From assembly GCA_029717555.1 (NCBI GenBank), contig JAMDHS010000067.1, forward strand, positions 62,001 to 116,045: 54,045 bases of DNA, in the 5' to 3' direction. Below the pieces are notes generated by a model. That model worked only from the letters and a program-made list of their open reading frames with translations, did no database searches and was not told the origin of the DNA. The position numbers were made by a program, and so were the translations under genes. This document shows positions 1 through 11,738 of this stretch, piece by piece. Positions within the stretch are counted from its first letter, which is position 1. Every line of letters begins with the position of its first letter. The DNA comes from Peribolospora baueri (lineage: Eukaryota).

Positions 1-383
1 GGCGTGGTTGTCGCCGCCTTCGGACTGGACGGGCTCGACGATGAGTGCAGCGACTGGGCGGGTTTTCTTGCTGTCGTGGACGAGGAGACGAGGGGGGGAG
101 CGGTCAGCAAGTCACAGCCAGGCGGAGGCGGGCTCTCCCCTCGTCCTGCCGCCATTGCACACGCACGAGTTGACGATCGTCTACTCCACGACGGCCAGGG
201 CGTCGTCCTCGGCCTTTCGGTTCTCCCTCTCATGCTGCTCGAAGGGGTATTTGACGGCCGGCCAGGGCACCGCGGGCCAAGGCATGGCGGGGATGCGGGA
301 GAGCCAGGTGCCTGGAGGTCATCTCGTCTGGGCTAAAGGCGGTGGAGCCACCGGAGCGCTCGCGGGCTCGGTAAGCCATAAAA
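1..383 (-). pseudogene. UGA1: 4-aminobutyrate (GABA) aminotransferase pseudogene fragment
   Basis: Minus-strand translation gives FMAYRARERSGGSTAFSPDEMTS / QAPGSP / IPAMPWPAVPWPAVKYPFEQHERENRKAEDDALAVVE*TIVNS, an intron at 71-166, then KKTRPVAALIVEPVQSEGGDNHA (GABA-T signature). In-frame TAG at 181-183; the FHGR...HKLD segment is missing. Runs off the left edge. Confidence 0.88.
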
Positions 384-384
384 A

Positions 385-806
385 AAATATAAATGAAAAA
401 TGAAAACTAAAAATAAATAAGCCTCGCCCACAGGAGGGCCGTCAGAGAAGCCCACAGGAAGAAAGGTGATAATATGTGAAGGAAAAAGAAAAAGAGGGAA
501 CTGCAGCATGCTTTCAAGGTCCTATGGCCGCAGATGAGGAATAGAGTGAGACCGAGGTAGACATGCGTCTCATCCTGGGCGCTCCTCTGCCCTTTTCTGA
601 CTTTGAGCGCTATCTCACAGGAACACATTTTTTACTTTTTATTTTTATTTCTCGTCATACATACAACTCCTTCTCATCAGACCTATCTCACAGGACCACA
701 TGTTTTTTTATTTTTATTATTTTGTTTTTCTTAGGAGTCCAATACATACAACTCCTTCTCATCAGAGGGGAAAAAGAAAAAAAAGAGAAAAGTTCAACAA
801 AGTTGA
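385..806 (-). other. AT-rich rDNA 3'ETS/IGS-like spacer with short subrepeats
   Basis: Directly downstream of the LSU 3' end. Hairpin GTTCAAC-AAA-GTTGAAC (792-808) followed on the minus strand by T-tracts. Duplicated motifs CTATCTCACAGGA(A/C)CACAT (about 610 and 683) and ATACATACAACTCCTTCTCATCAGA (about 657 and 742). Confidence 0.6.
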
Positions 807-1092
807 ACAAATCTTTAGAACAAAGGCTTAGCCTCAGCAGATCGTAGCAACAAGGCTACTCTACTGCTTACAGCACCCCGTTCCCATTCAAGTCGTCTGC
901 AAGAGATTCACCCCCGCCCATATTTCAATTGCAATACGCAGGCAAGCGCCGCAGGCCTTTCCGCCCACGACGCCGTGACCCGCCAGCTATGGTTCACGAG
1001 CCGAAGCTCTATTCGTACGCGACTAACATGTGCGGGACAACGTCGTCGCTTCTAGCACGGATTCTGACTTAGAGGCGTTCAGCCATTATCGG
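807..1092 (-). rRNA. 3'-terminal fragment (about 285 nt) of the 25S/28S LSU rRNA gene; orphan and truncated
   Basis: Reverse complement of the conserved fungal LSU 3' end: ACAAATC...CAAAGGCTTAGCCTCAGCAGATCGTAGCAACAAGGCTACTCTACTGCTTACA...GGATTCTGACTTAGAGGCGTTCAGCCAT. Similarity stops abruptly near 1092. Confidence 0.93.
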
Positions 1093-1512
1093 CACGCTTG
1101 GTCGAGAACATCTTCCTTTCACGGCTCGCTCTGGACCTGTCCTGCGCTCGGAGCTCTCCGTCGTCCTTGCCCTACCTCCTGCGTCCTCCCATGCCTCTCA
1201 TATCTGGGGCAATCAGTCCCGTCACAACCCAGCCGCCGTTCGGACGCGCGGAAGAATGGGCACGTGACACATAACCCTATTGTAGTTAATACGTGCCTGA
1301 CTCCTGAACGCTCGGGCTTGGCCCCGCAACGAAGAACGGCAACGAGGGTCGCAACATCGATCACCAGCCCTTCTTCATCGCCACCGCTCACGCCAGCAAG
1401 AAATCAAGACACCAACCACATCGACACTCATCTCCGTCCGCTCTATCCGGACGCGCGACGGCAGGAGACCGCGACGAATTTGGGTCACGCGCGCCGTCGA
1501 TCGCTACTACAA

Positions 1513-4273
1513 ATGGGAGGCGAAGAGGATGAAAAACAACGGGTGGAAGACGAGGTAGTGTGGAGCACGTCGGACTACGAAGATGACAAGCACGCCTCAC
1601 ACCTTGGAGAGGCAGCTCACACTACTGGCACCGTAGCCGCCCCAGATCAAGGCCACGGCAACGACGGTGAGGGCGACGAAAACGCGGCCGCGAGACATCG
1701 AGAGCGTGACCCATCCATGGACCCTGTCGGCACTCCACATCGCCGGAGCTACTACGAACTGCAACGCGATGTGGACGACCTTTTTGCAAAGTATGCCGCC
1801 GGATGCCGCGAATCTCGTTCCGCCGACTCTTCTTTTTCTTCACCCTCCTCGCAAGGGCCCGACTCGCCTTCGCGCCAGATCGCGCTCCGCGACGTTCCTA
1901 GCGTGCTTGCCGACTTTGAGCGTGCGAGAGAGATCATTATTCTCGAGCCTAGCGGCAAGGCCGAGCTGGATTTCTTTGCCAAGTCCAACCCGGACCTCGT
2001 AGTCGAGCCGCAGACGCTCTTGCAGCTCATCATCGGTATGACCGGCGGGCACGCCATCTCTCCTTCTGGCAGCGGGAATGGCTCGGAGGAGATGACCACG
2101 GGTGGATTCGCCGTGTATGCAGATAACGGAGTAGGCCGCGGATTCGGCGTCTCCTTCACCCCCTCCTCCCCCTCTCCCTCTCCGGCTGGCGATTTCAGCG
2201 GTGACAATACCTTTGAACTCCCCCCCCCTTCCCCAACCCTCGGCGGCGGACTCGTCGCGGCTGTGGACGACCCGTTCGATGGATCGAGTCCCACCATTCG
2301 CGCCAGCACCGGTAGTTCCCCGGGCTCTTCTGCCGGCGAAGGCCCCAGTGCTACGGAAGGGAGGCCTTCGAGCTCCGGCTCCTCTGACGACGGAGTCCAG
2401 GAAGGAGAACTAGGCGTGGACGCCTCTGGCGTCTCTCCGTTCTCATTCAACCCCCCCTCCGGCGTTTCCACCCCGGGAGGCGGCGAGTCGCGTGACATGG
2501 ACTCGCCCTTCCGTTCCTCACTCGATGAGCTGAGCGTCCTCCGGCGAAAGGTGGAGGAGCTGCAGCGGCGGCTGAGGGAGAGTGAGCGCCTTCTGGAGGC
2601 GGAGAGGGAGGACAGTGAGATGGCTTCGGAAGAGGCTTGGAATCGGTTTGAGGAAGTTAAGGCCGAGCTCGTGACGCGGAGGAAGGAGGATAAAGAGTTG
2701 AAGGTCAAGGAGAGAGCGTTGAATACGCATATCGATAAGGTGAGTTAGCTGTTGTATCCGGGGCGTTCTGTATTCCACTGGTTCCCGTATCAGCGAGCAA
2801 GGACGGCGGGGGGCAGAACCGCTGCAGTGTCTATCGAACCGGATCGCTGAATTACACCTCTGATTGTCCTCCCTTTCCTTGCTCGCACCCTTCGCCTCTT
2901 ATCTAGCTCGAAGCTGACATTAGCGGGCTAGAAAAGTCGCTAGAAGTGCAGAAGCAGAGCTACTCGTCGATGAAGAAGGCCTACGAGGACCAATGTGCGG
3001 AGTCGGAAAAACTTCGCAACCAGGTGAGGAGCAAGGCGGAGGATTTGAGGCTTGCTGAGGAGAACGGTAGACGCGCTTTGGTGGACGCGGAGCGGGTGAG
3101 TGGTTTTTTGTTATTATTTTCTGTTCAACCGGAGACGTGACGAATGAAAGCCGACGATTTTCGATCGCTCGCACTTTGATTCCAAATACGGCACAGTGGG
3201 AGCAAGAACGTGAGATACTCGAGTCGGCCATCTCCAAGCTCGAAGCCGACCTGTTCCGCGCTGGCGAGGCGGAAGACGCGCTTGAGGAGGCCAAGCGGGA
3301 GACCATGACGCTCTCCGAGACGATCGACCGACTCAAGTTTGAGCTTGACGAGCGCCGTCGGCCGGCCTCGTTCATCGACAGTAGCTCCGCCGGCAGCTCC
3401 TTGCCGGGAAGCATAACGAGGACGTTGGGAAGAGAGTTGCAGGCTCAGTTGGATGGTGGTCGCGTAGAAGGCGAGGAGCGGCTTAGCGGTTTGGAGGATG
3501 AAGGAGAGGAAACGATCATCACAAAGAGGGTGAGTGCTCGGCGTGTATGAGCGATTTGATCTAGACCCAGGCTCTGATCTTTGAATTTCTTCCCTGCCTC
3601 GGATCGAATGCGGCTTCAGAAAATCGGTGGTCGACGGCGTCCAGGCTCGCTTGCTCAGGGGACAGAGGCTCAGGTCAAATATCTCACTGATGCTTGGACG
3701 CAGTACGAGGCGAGCCAGTTCCAAGTCACCGCTTCAGTCCAGACCGAGGAGGCTGTTCCTCCCGCTCCCACTCCGCCGCCGGTGCAGAAGTCGCGGAAGG
3801 AGATGGCCGATGCGGCCACCAGGGCGGATAGTTTGCCTCCGGCGCCTGTCCTCACAGGGCGCGCGGCTATTCCTATCATCCCTCTGCGGCAGCAGCCGAA
3901 TCGCTTGTTCCGCGCCGGCCACGCGTCGAGAATCATCAATTACTTCCCTCGCTCGACGCAGTCCTGGCTGCACTCTGTGCTGTTCGACTCGCAAGCCTCC
4001 ACACTCGTGCTCTACTCTCTTTGCATCTTCCTTGGCGGATTCATCTCCGGCGGGGCTCTCATGCCGGGGAGGGGAACAACGGCCGTGCACCACCACTATC
4101 CCTGGGCGGGAGAGGACCGAGCGGCGTGGTACGTGTCCAACACCCTCGGCGTTGGTGGTGTAAGGGAAGGGTTTATGGACGCCGCAGGAGGAGGGTTCGA
4201 GGGCTGGGCGATGGGAACGTTGGAGAGAATCATCTGGCGTGGCGTGAGCATCGCGCAGAGGAACCCTACGTGA
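1513..4273 (+). CDS. Coiled-coil, C-terminally anchored protein; KASH/Kms1-like candidate (4 exons: about 1513-2739, 2907-3095, 3196-3529, 3620-4273)
   Basis: ATG at 1513 and GTGAGT...AG introns join the ORF pieces. Helical N-terminal domain, long central coiled coil, single TM segment (TLVLYSLCIFLGGFISGGALM) and a short tail ending ...IAQRNPT*. Confidence 0.7.
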
Positions 4274-4808
4274 AGGGAATTTGTCTTCTTCTTGGACTGC
4301 CCACACCAAACGCGGTCAGAGTGAGGGAGGATGGAGCGAGGATGGAGGTCACGCCACAGTATACCGGTCAAATAATCCACACTCAATGGCCTTTTCGACG
4401 CCACGGTCGAACAATCCCCACTCAATATTCTTTTCGACGCCACGCTCTTCTTCTTAGGTCATTAATTTCTACCCGCGATGACTACCCCTTTCCTGCCTCG
4501 ATTCGCCACGCAACTGGTTTATTTCCCTTTCCATCTACCACCCGTCTTACATACCCCGGTCCTCGTATGTTCCTCCGTCCCTGTATGTTTAGCCACGCCC
4601 TGTACGTACTTCGTTATGTCCTGACGCTGTGTCGTTCGCTCTTAAATACGAGATGCGAAGCTATGATCGGTCGTGCTTCCTCGAAATGCTGCGGTCGATG
4701 TTTCAAAAAGGTCGCTCCGTCGATCCCGTCGACTCGGCCACGATCACCAAACCCATCTATCTCATCTCGTCTGCCCTGGCAGCAGACGGCAGTGGAAGAG
4801 CGATAGGG

Positions 4809-7800
4809 ATGCCGACAAAAGGGCCGCCTTCTAGGAGGGTCAGAATCGAATCTCACCCCCCTCTCCCGCCGCTTAGATGTTGGGTCGCCCTGCCGCCGCT
4901 GTCGGACGAGGGAGACCCAGGGTCGTCGTGCCAGACAATCTACGATCTCAAGGGCCACGTCGCCGAGCTCCTCAATCCCGTCCCGGTATCGTCAGGTTCG
5001 CAATGGTCTGGACGGAGTTGGGACGCGGAGGATCTGGACCTCCAATTACAAGATTTCTCTTTCATGGACGATCAGTCGGTCGATATCCTCAAGGAGACCG
5101 ATCTCCTGAGGTAGGTGAGATCCCAGCCGACGATCACCGTGCCGTTCAGCCCTCACTTACGGTTGTCCCCACTGTCAGCGTCCATATGAAGGTAGAGGCC
5201 GGACGTCGGAGCCACAAGAAACAAGCGCACCCTAGCTGGATATTGCGTGAGTGCACGCCCGCTGCGCCGCCGCCCCCTCTGTCTCTTCAGCTCCCTGGCC
5301 AATAATCATATTCATATTCATCTCTCTCGCCCTTCTTTTCCCAATCGTCTCAGCTGATAAAAGGCCCCCTCCGGAAACGGACGAGAGCTTGCCGTCCTCC
5401 TCTCGCGCATCTTCATACGCCAGCTCGAAGCGTGAGAAGAGGCGAAGAGTGTCCGAGACATCCAAGAACGTCCCGTCGGCTTTCCCACTTCCCAGTTCTC
5501 CATTGGTGCCCGAGAGCTTTCGCGTGCCTGGTGGGCCCCCGTGAGTGTGCTATCACGTAACCCAGAGAGTGCTCGAGTCGTCAGATCTGCCCCAGGCAAA
5601 CTTATTTGAGTATGCCTTTTTTTTTGCGCTTCCTAGGCCCCTCCATGCACCCTATCCGCACTTCCGTTCTCCATATTTTTTCGGGAATACTGCGACCGGC
5701 AGTGCTGCCTCTTCTCTGCCCATGCCCGCTTTCCCCCCTATATTGCCCGCCTTCTACGTTGATCCGAATGTTTTTGCCGGCGGGCACATGGGAAAGGGCA
5801 CGCAAGCTCAAGAAGTCGAGGATGAGGATGTGGGCAATGTCAAGGGCGACACCAAAGCTCGCCAGGTGGAGATTGGCGGCGGTACTAGCGTGTCAGTTAA
5901 AAAAAAGGTACCGGCAGGGGCACGGTCTCCCGCATCGTTCACGTCCTCGGAGGACCAGTCGTTCACCTCGTCGTCATCCACTTCGAGTTCGGAGGATGAA
6001 TCGGGAGATTCGAGCTCGGAGGATGAATCAGATGATTCGAGCTCGGAGGATGAATCAGATGATTCGAGCTCGGAGGATGAATCAGATGATTCGAGCTCTG
6101 CTTCCTCCTCGTCCTCCTCGTCTTCGGCGTCCTCTTCATCCTCGTCCTCCTCGTCTTCGGCATCTTCTTCATCCTCGTCCTCAGCTTCCTCTTCTTCTGC
6201 CCCACGTTCCGAGCCTTCCACACAGCGCAAAAAAAAGTCACTGATGGAGAACAACTCTTCTTGTCAAGGGCGTCCACCCACCGTTCAGCAAGGCCCTTTC
6301 GTTCCACCCGGACAAGGCAAAGTGTCCACAAGGACTCGCAATGCCCGAAAACGGAAAAAGAAGCGTGCGGAGGCTGAGGCGGAAGCGGCCAAGGCGCCGG
6401 CAGGGGTTACCGCAGAGGCTGCTGTCACTCAGCCTATGATTTCTTCTGCCGATGCTACGCTGAGCGTTTCAGGGGCGCCTGACGTGGCCGGCATGTCCCG
6501 AGCTGCTTTCGGAGGCGCTTCGGCCAACGCGGCTCTCGCAGCCTTCGAGGACCGTAAGGCGGCTCGCTTAGGAGGTGAGCGACCGGGGCCTGCGGTACAG
6601 AGCCCAGGGGGATCAGGGGCGAAGCAAAAGCGGAACTCGTCGGACTCGAGCGACGATGCCGCCGCTGCTTATCGTCCCAGTTCCGCGGTGCTTCGCAAGC
6701 TAAACGACCTCGCCGCTGGTATGAACGTGCCCGACGAAGACGCTGTGGGGTCTGTCCAGGATGCGAGCCACCTCGAAGATCAAGAGGAAAGGCCAGTCGC
6801 AGTCGCAACACAGGCGGCCGTACACCTCCCGCCACCGCCGCCGCCCTCTGAACTTCCGAGGCATAGCTTACCTCCCAACGTGCGCGTGACGAGCGTCGAC
6901 GCGAGGCAGTGGTGGGACGAGCAGGGTGGCTGGCCTTTCGGTCCCTTTGGTGTCGGCGGCTATACCGGCGAGGAAGGGGAGGGAGAAGATACATCTCGAG
7001 GGAGCGGAGGTGCCAACGGCCATGATGTTGATGGCGCCACCGGTGTCGATGGTGGGACGGGAGAGGGAGCTCGTCAGCACGAAGGCAAGACGATGAGGTC
7101 TTCCTCGCTTCCCGCTTACCGACTGGCAGCGAACGCAACATCGTTGTCGTTGTCGTCGTCGTCACCGTCCGGTCCGGCACACAAGCCGCTTAATGGGGCC
7201 CACGACGGCCTTGCACAAAAGGGTCGCAGTTCTCTCCGATCGACGACGAGCACAGATGCTAACGAGGCGGGTGCCGGCGTGGCGGAATGGGAAGCGTACG
7301 TGATGGGCGACGGCGATGAAGGGGGTGCGGCGCCGGCGGCGCCGGCGGTGGAGAGCGGGTTGCGATCGTGGGAGAAGGAGTACGAGAAGGTGGAGACGAA
7401 ATGGGACGAGCTGAAGGCCGTCGGCAAGGGCCCGGTGGATGTGGGATCGTTGGTCGCCTGGAAGGTGAGTTGCGTTGGACCGACGGTCGAGGCGCGCGGA
7501 CGTCGATCCGGAGCGGCTGGCTCACTTCACTCACGCTCGGGGTTCCTGACCCATCATCTCATCTCATCTCATCTCATCTTGCCAAGGCCCTGGAACTCTC
7601 TCTGTCCACTTTCACGCCCGAGTTGGTCTGTCGGATCGGGACGGTGGTGTCGTGTGAGGAAGAGGGACGGATGAAGATACGGGTTCATCGTCTCGACGCT
7701 GAGCCTGTCAACGAGCGATTTGGCCCGGCGCTGGAGCAAGAAGAAGAAGAAGCGGTGGAGGTGGCGGGCGGAAAAGAAAAAGAAGAGGTGATGGAGGTGA

Positions 7801-7838
7801 CGTTGGCGGACTTGGGCGACGTCAGGCTCGTCGACTGA
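4809..7838 (+). CDS. Coilin-like protein (5 exons: about 4809-5110, 5178-5247, 5354-5540, 5637-7464, 7587-7838)
   Basis: N-terminus RVRIESHPPLPPLRCWV...TIYDLKGHV...FSFMDDQSVDILKETDLLR resembles the coilin N-domain. Acidic/Ser tract and basic NLS-like RKRKKKR. Spliced C-terminus VGSLVAWK|ALELSLSTFTPELVCRIGTVV resembles the coilin Tudor-like domain. Confidence 0.72.
5982..6098 (+). repeat. 27-bp coding tandem repeat (about 4 copies) encoding DSSSEDESD
   Basis: GATTCGAGCTCGGAGGATGAATCAGAT at 6007, 6034 and 6061, with degenerate or partial copies on either side. Confidence 0.9.
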
Positions 7839-8289
7839 TGCCCTTTTTTCTTAGGTCTCGTCTGCGTCTGCGTCTCCGTCGTACCTCTCGCCGCGCGTGT
7901 GTGGCTGCTCCGCTCGCTGGCTGGCTGTTCGGCAATACATGCGATCTGCGTTTCAGAGTTAGAGCGTCCATGGAACATACACGAGAGAGAGAGATGAAGA
8001 AAGACAAGAGAGGCGAAGAGAGGAGAGGAGAGGTGGAGAAGGGTAAGTGAACTGGACGGATGATGATGCGATCGATACATGGGTCAGGTATTTCCTCCCT
8101 ATCGGACAATGGGGACATTGGAGAGGAGAGGGGACGGACGTCGCGTGGCGTGCGCAAGCAAAAGGAAAAAGTAAAAGGAGGCTCTGAGGACGTCGTGTGT
8201 TTTTTTTTGGGGTGGAGAGACGTCCCCCAAACGCTCGATGGCGTTTGCATGAAACAAGAGAGGGAGGGAGCGGTGCTATGCGGAAGCAC

Positions 8290-8425
8290 GAAGACGAAGG
8301 CGAAGGCGAAGGCGAAGGCGAAGGCGAAGGCGAAGGCGAAGGCGAAGACGAAGACGAAGGCGAAGGCGAAGGCGAAGACGAAGGGCGAAGGGCGAAGGGC
8401 AAAGGGCAAAGGGCAAAGGGCGAAG
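8290..8425. repeat. (GAAGGC)n microsatellite with GAAGAC and GAAGGGC variants
   Basis: Visible hexamer array between the convergent coilin-like and GRDP genes. Confidence 0.9.
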
Positions 8426-8451
8426 GACGGACGAGAAGCAGGCGATCGATA

Positions 8452-11400
8452 TTACGAGAACATTGACTGCGCTCTGGCAGCGGGACTGAGATCTGCACCG
8501 CCGCTGCCGGCGTCGACAGAGGTGGTGGTGGTGGTGGGGATAGCCTTGGCCGCAGCGCCCACTTTCGCCTTATCCTCGTCAAGCGGCTGGCCGGGGAGTC
8601 CGCAAAGGACCTGACCCTGTCGTATGCGTGTGGCGTCGACGACGTTTGCGCTGCCTTCAAAGAACGGGCGGAGACCCCATCCGATGCCGTAGCTTGGCGG
8701 AGACATGGGAGCGCAGAAGTGGGTCTTGCCGTCGCGCTCGCGCTCGCGCGCCCTTCGCTCGCGGACGAGTACGGGGGCGTTGATGACGACAATGGCGGAC
8801 GAGGTGGAAGGGCCGGTGGCTGGGGCGAGGGCGTCGAAGCCGGAGGGAGGGGATTGGATGCCGACGGGCGACGAAGACGAGGAGGCTGAGGGGACGGTGA
8901 TCGGCGGCAAGCTCGATCGGGGCTGTGGCGGCGAGGCAGAGTATTGAGATTGTTGGGACGAGCGTCTCCTACGGGAGGAAAACAGGTTGCGAAAGCCCCT
9001 CGACGTCGACGTCGGTTGCTGCTCGTTCTCCACCTCGTCCGTGGCAATAGTGGCAGATGGGGAAGAGGACTCGTCGAAAAGAAAGTTGATATGCGGATCG
9101 AAAAAGTCGGTCCCGCCGGTCGCCGCGCCGGCGCTTCGCGACAGGTTGCGGGAGAGAAAGGCGGCGCGGTCGGATTGGGACACCTGGGAAGACTTTCGCT
9201 CCGAGCGACTAAGACGTCTGGCGCCGGAAGAGGAAGAGGAGCGCTGGAGGGAAGAGGGCTGTTCGATCTCGTAATCTTGGTGGAAGTGTTTCTTCCAAGA
9301 ATTCGACGTCCACCTCCAATAATCAGCCATCGTCCCTTCCTCAATCTCCCGGCCGCAGTCAAGATACCTGCCGACGTACTCCAACGTCTCCGTTCGATAG
9401 CGCGACGGCCGGAGCTGATGAGTGGACAGGCAGAGATCGATATCGAGTCTGAAGGGAACGGAGGGGAAGCGGGCGATAAAAAATCAGTCCAAACCGGGCG
9501 GACGAAAAGGACCGACGACAATCGGACTACTACTGACGCCGGAAAGCGATAGTTCGGCTTGTCCCGAAGGTTGAGGTCTAGGAAGTGGTGATAACGGATG
9601 AGAGCGCGGTGAAGGAGCGCCTCATGATGGTCGGTGCTCCATCCTAGGGAGCGTATCTGTCGTCGGAAGAGGGACAGTCGCTTCATCTGCACGTCCGCCG
9701 GTCCGACGCGGTCAGTTCCCGACTCGTTTCAAGCAAGCTGAGCCGATCGCCGGCCGGCTCACCATGCCAATGAGGTCAGCCTCGAAATTAGAATCCTGCC
9801 AATAGCCATCCCACAGGACGGCGTTTTGCCTCCGAATCTCGTCCGGCCGGAGGGGTCTGCCGCTGAGATCGTCGACTTCCAAGCTGAGCCTGATGTCCTC
9901 GTAGTGTCTAGCCATGGCGGTGATGCGGTAGCCGTGTCGGAGGCCAAAGTCGCGTGCGGCCGTGTTGAAGTCGCGGCCGCCGACGATGGGCTGGAGGAGG
10001 GTGAGGTGGAGGCGGACGACCATGTCTTTGTCATAGTTTCCCAGCGACGGGTTGACGATCATCGTCCCTCTGTGGAGGCAGTGGGTCCGACATTAATCGA
10101 GCGCGCCGGTCGTCTCGAGAGGGAAAAGAAACGAAAAGGGCGGCTCACCGAAGGTAGTCTTGACGCGTGTCCGGGCTCGTGCCGCTACCTGGTTGGGGCG
10201 CCAAGCGGCGAACGTCAGCGTAAGGGACTCGGACAACGTTTCTTAAAGAGAAAAAAACCGACTTCTCACTCAGGTAGTTTTGCAGATCGCTAACAAACCT
10301 GCCTCCAGCGAGATGATCGCCAGTGATCTCCATACCGCAATCGTTTCCCTCGCACTTGACCCTAAATCCGGTCTGAAGGTAGCCTGTGCCGTGGCCGACG
10401 GCGCAGGAGTCGTCTCGCAGAGGTGGGGAGACGTCGTGGGAGGAGAGGTTGGAGAGGCGGGAGAGAGCGGCTTGAAGAGGGGAGGACATGTACGAGGTGC
10501 CCGGGGCAGAGGCGGAGCGGGAGTGGGTGCGCGGATGGGGGTCGGAGCCGGCGGAGCCGGCGGAGGTGGTGGGGAGGACGGGAGATGCGGAGGAAGGGCC
10601 GGGGAGAGGGATGTCTGTGAGCCAGGGAACGTGGATTTCGGTCTTGCAGCGGGGACAGGAGATTGGCCGGACGTGGCGGTGGGGGACGGTGACGATGGGT
10701 GGAGGGAAGGGCTCGTCGGTGCGGGAGGTCCAGAGGTGGACTCTTGTCTCGGAGGGCGGGGAGCGAAGGAGGCGCTGCCCGGGGGGGGGGGGGGGAAAGA
10801 GAAAGGAAGGAGATGAGGAGCGCGGCCGAGGAAAGTCAGCGAGCGAGGCCACTCACGACGAGGTGAAGGGGAAAGGGGACGGTCCAGAGAAAGTTGCACC
10901 AGCGAAAAGCGTCGTGGAAAGCGTGCCTAGGCTGGAGGAGCCAAGCGTGCCAGACGAGGAGGACGTCGAGGGGCGGGAGGAGTTGGTCGGGGAGAAGGTT
11001 CTCTATGATGCGCCTCGACGCGATGTCGTCCCTGCTCACGTCGGGGTCGGCGTAGGGAAACATGGAAAGGGAAGAGGGGGAGACGGGCGCTGAGGCGCCG
11101 CCGGGGGAGGAGGGGGAGGGTGTGAAAAAGAGGGTGTTGGTGGAGGGGGACTCGATGATGTCGTCGACGAAGAGGCTGAAGCGGTAGTGGGCGCGCTCGA
11201 GGAAGACGCTCCACCGCTGGTGCTCGTCCAAGCCGTCATGAAGGGTGGCGGCGCTGGTGGCGATGCTGGAGGATTCGACGTCGAAGGGGTGGGCGAACGG
11301 CCTGCGAGAAGGACCGGCGGAGGGAGCATTGGACGGTCCTCGGTCGCGGTCGTGGGGGGCGGAGTGCGGGGAGTGCGGGGGAGAGAAGGAGGAGGGCTCG

Positions 11401-11738
11401 TAGACGGGGAGAGGGTGATCGTCGCAGGGGCCGTCTCCGTCTGCGTGGGGGCTGGCCTGGGCGGCGTCGGCGGCGGTGGGGTGCCTGACGGTGTCCTCGA
11501 GGTCGTCGAAGAGGGCGAGGAGGTCGAGGTGGGCCTTGACGTCGTCTACGGAGACGAGCGGGGGGAGGCGATGGTGGCCGATGCGGAAGGTGTTGTTGTC
11601 GTCGCGGTCGTCGTCGTCGTCGCGGGCGCCGGTCGCGGCGGCGGCGGCGGCAGCGCGGGATTTGCTGTGCACGGGGGGGGAGAAAGGGGAGGAGGGGAGA
11701 GCGTGGAAGAGGGGGGGTGAGATGGGGCGAGCAGACAT
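8452..11738 (-). CDS. Glycine-rich-domain (GRDP/DUF1399)-like protein, multi-exon
   Basis: Family motifs across exons: PLVSVDDVKAHLDLLALF, RWSVFLERAHYRF, LPPLDVLLVWHAWLLQP, CPRC..VPW, GTGYLQTGFRVKC, ALIRYHHFLDL, DIDICLSTHQL, W..HF..DY. ATG (MSARPISPP) at 11738. Confidence 0.8.

Noticed and set aside
1030..1512. N-terminal extension of the 572-aa ORF
   Set aside because: It starts at a GTG inside the antisense rRNA fragment; the first ATG with plausible protein sequence is at 1513.
7822..8614. ORFs with FAFAFA, KAKAKA or EGEGEG tracts
   Set aside because: Translations of the (GAAGGC)n microsatellite in an intergenic/UTR region.
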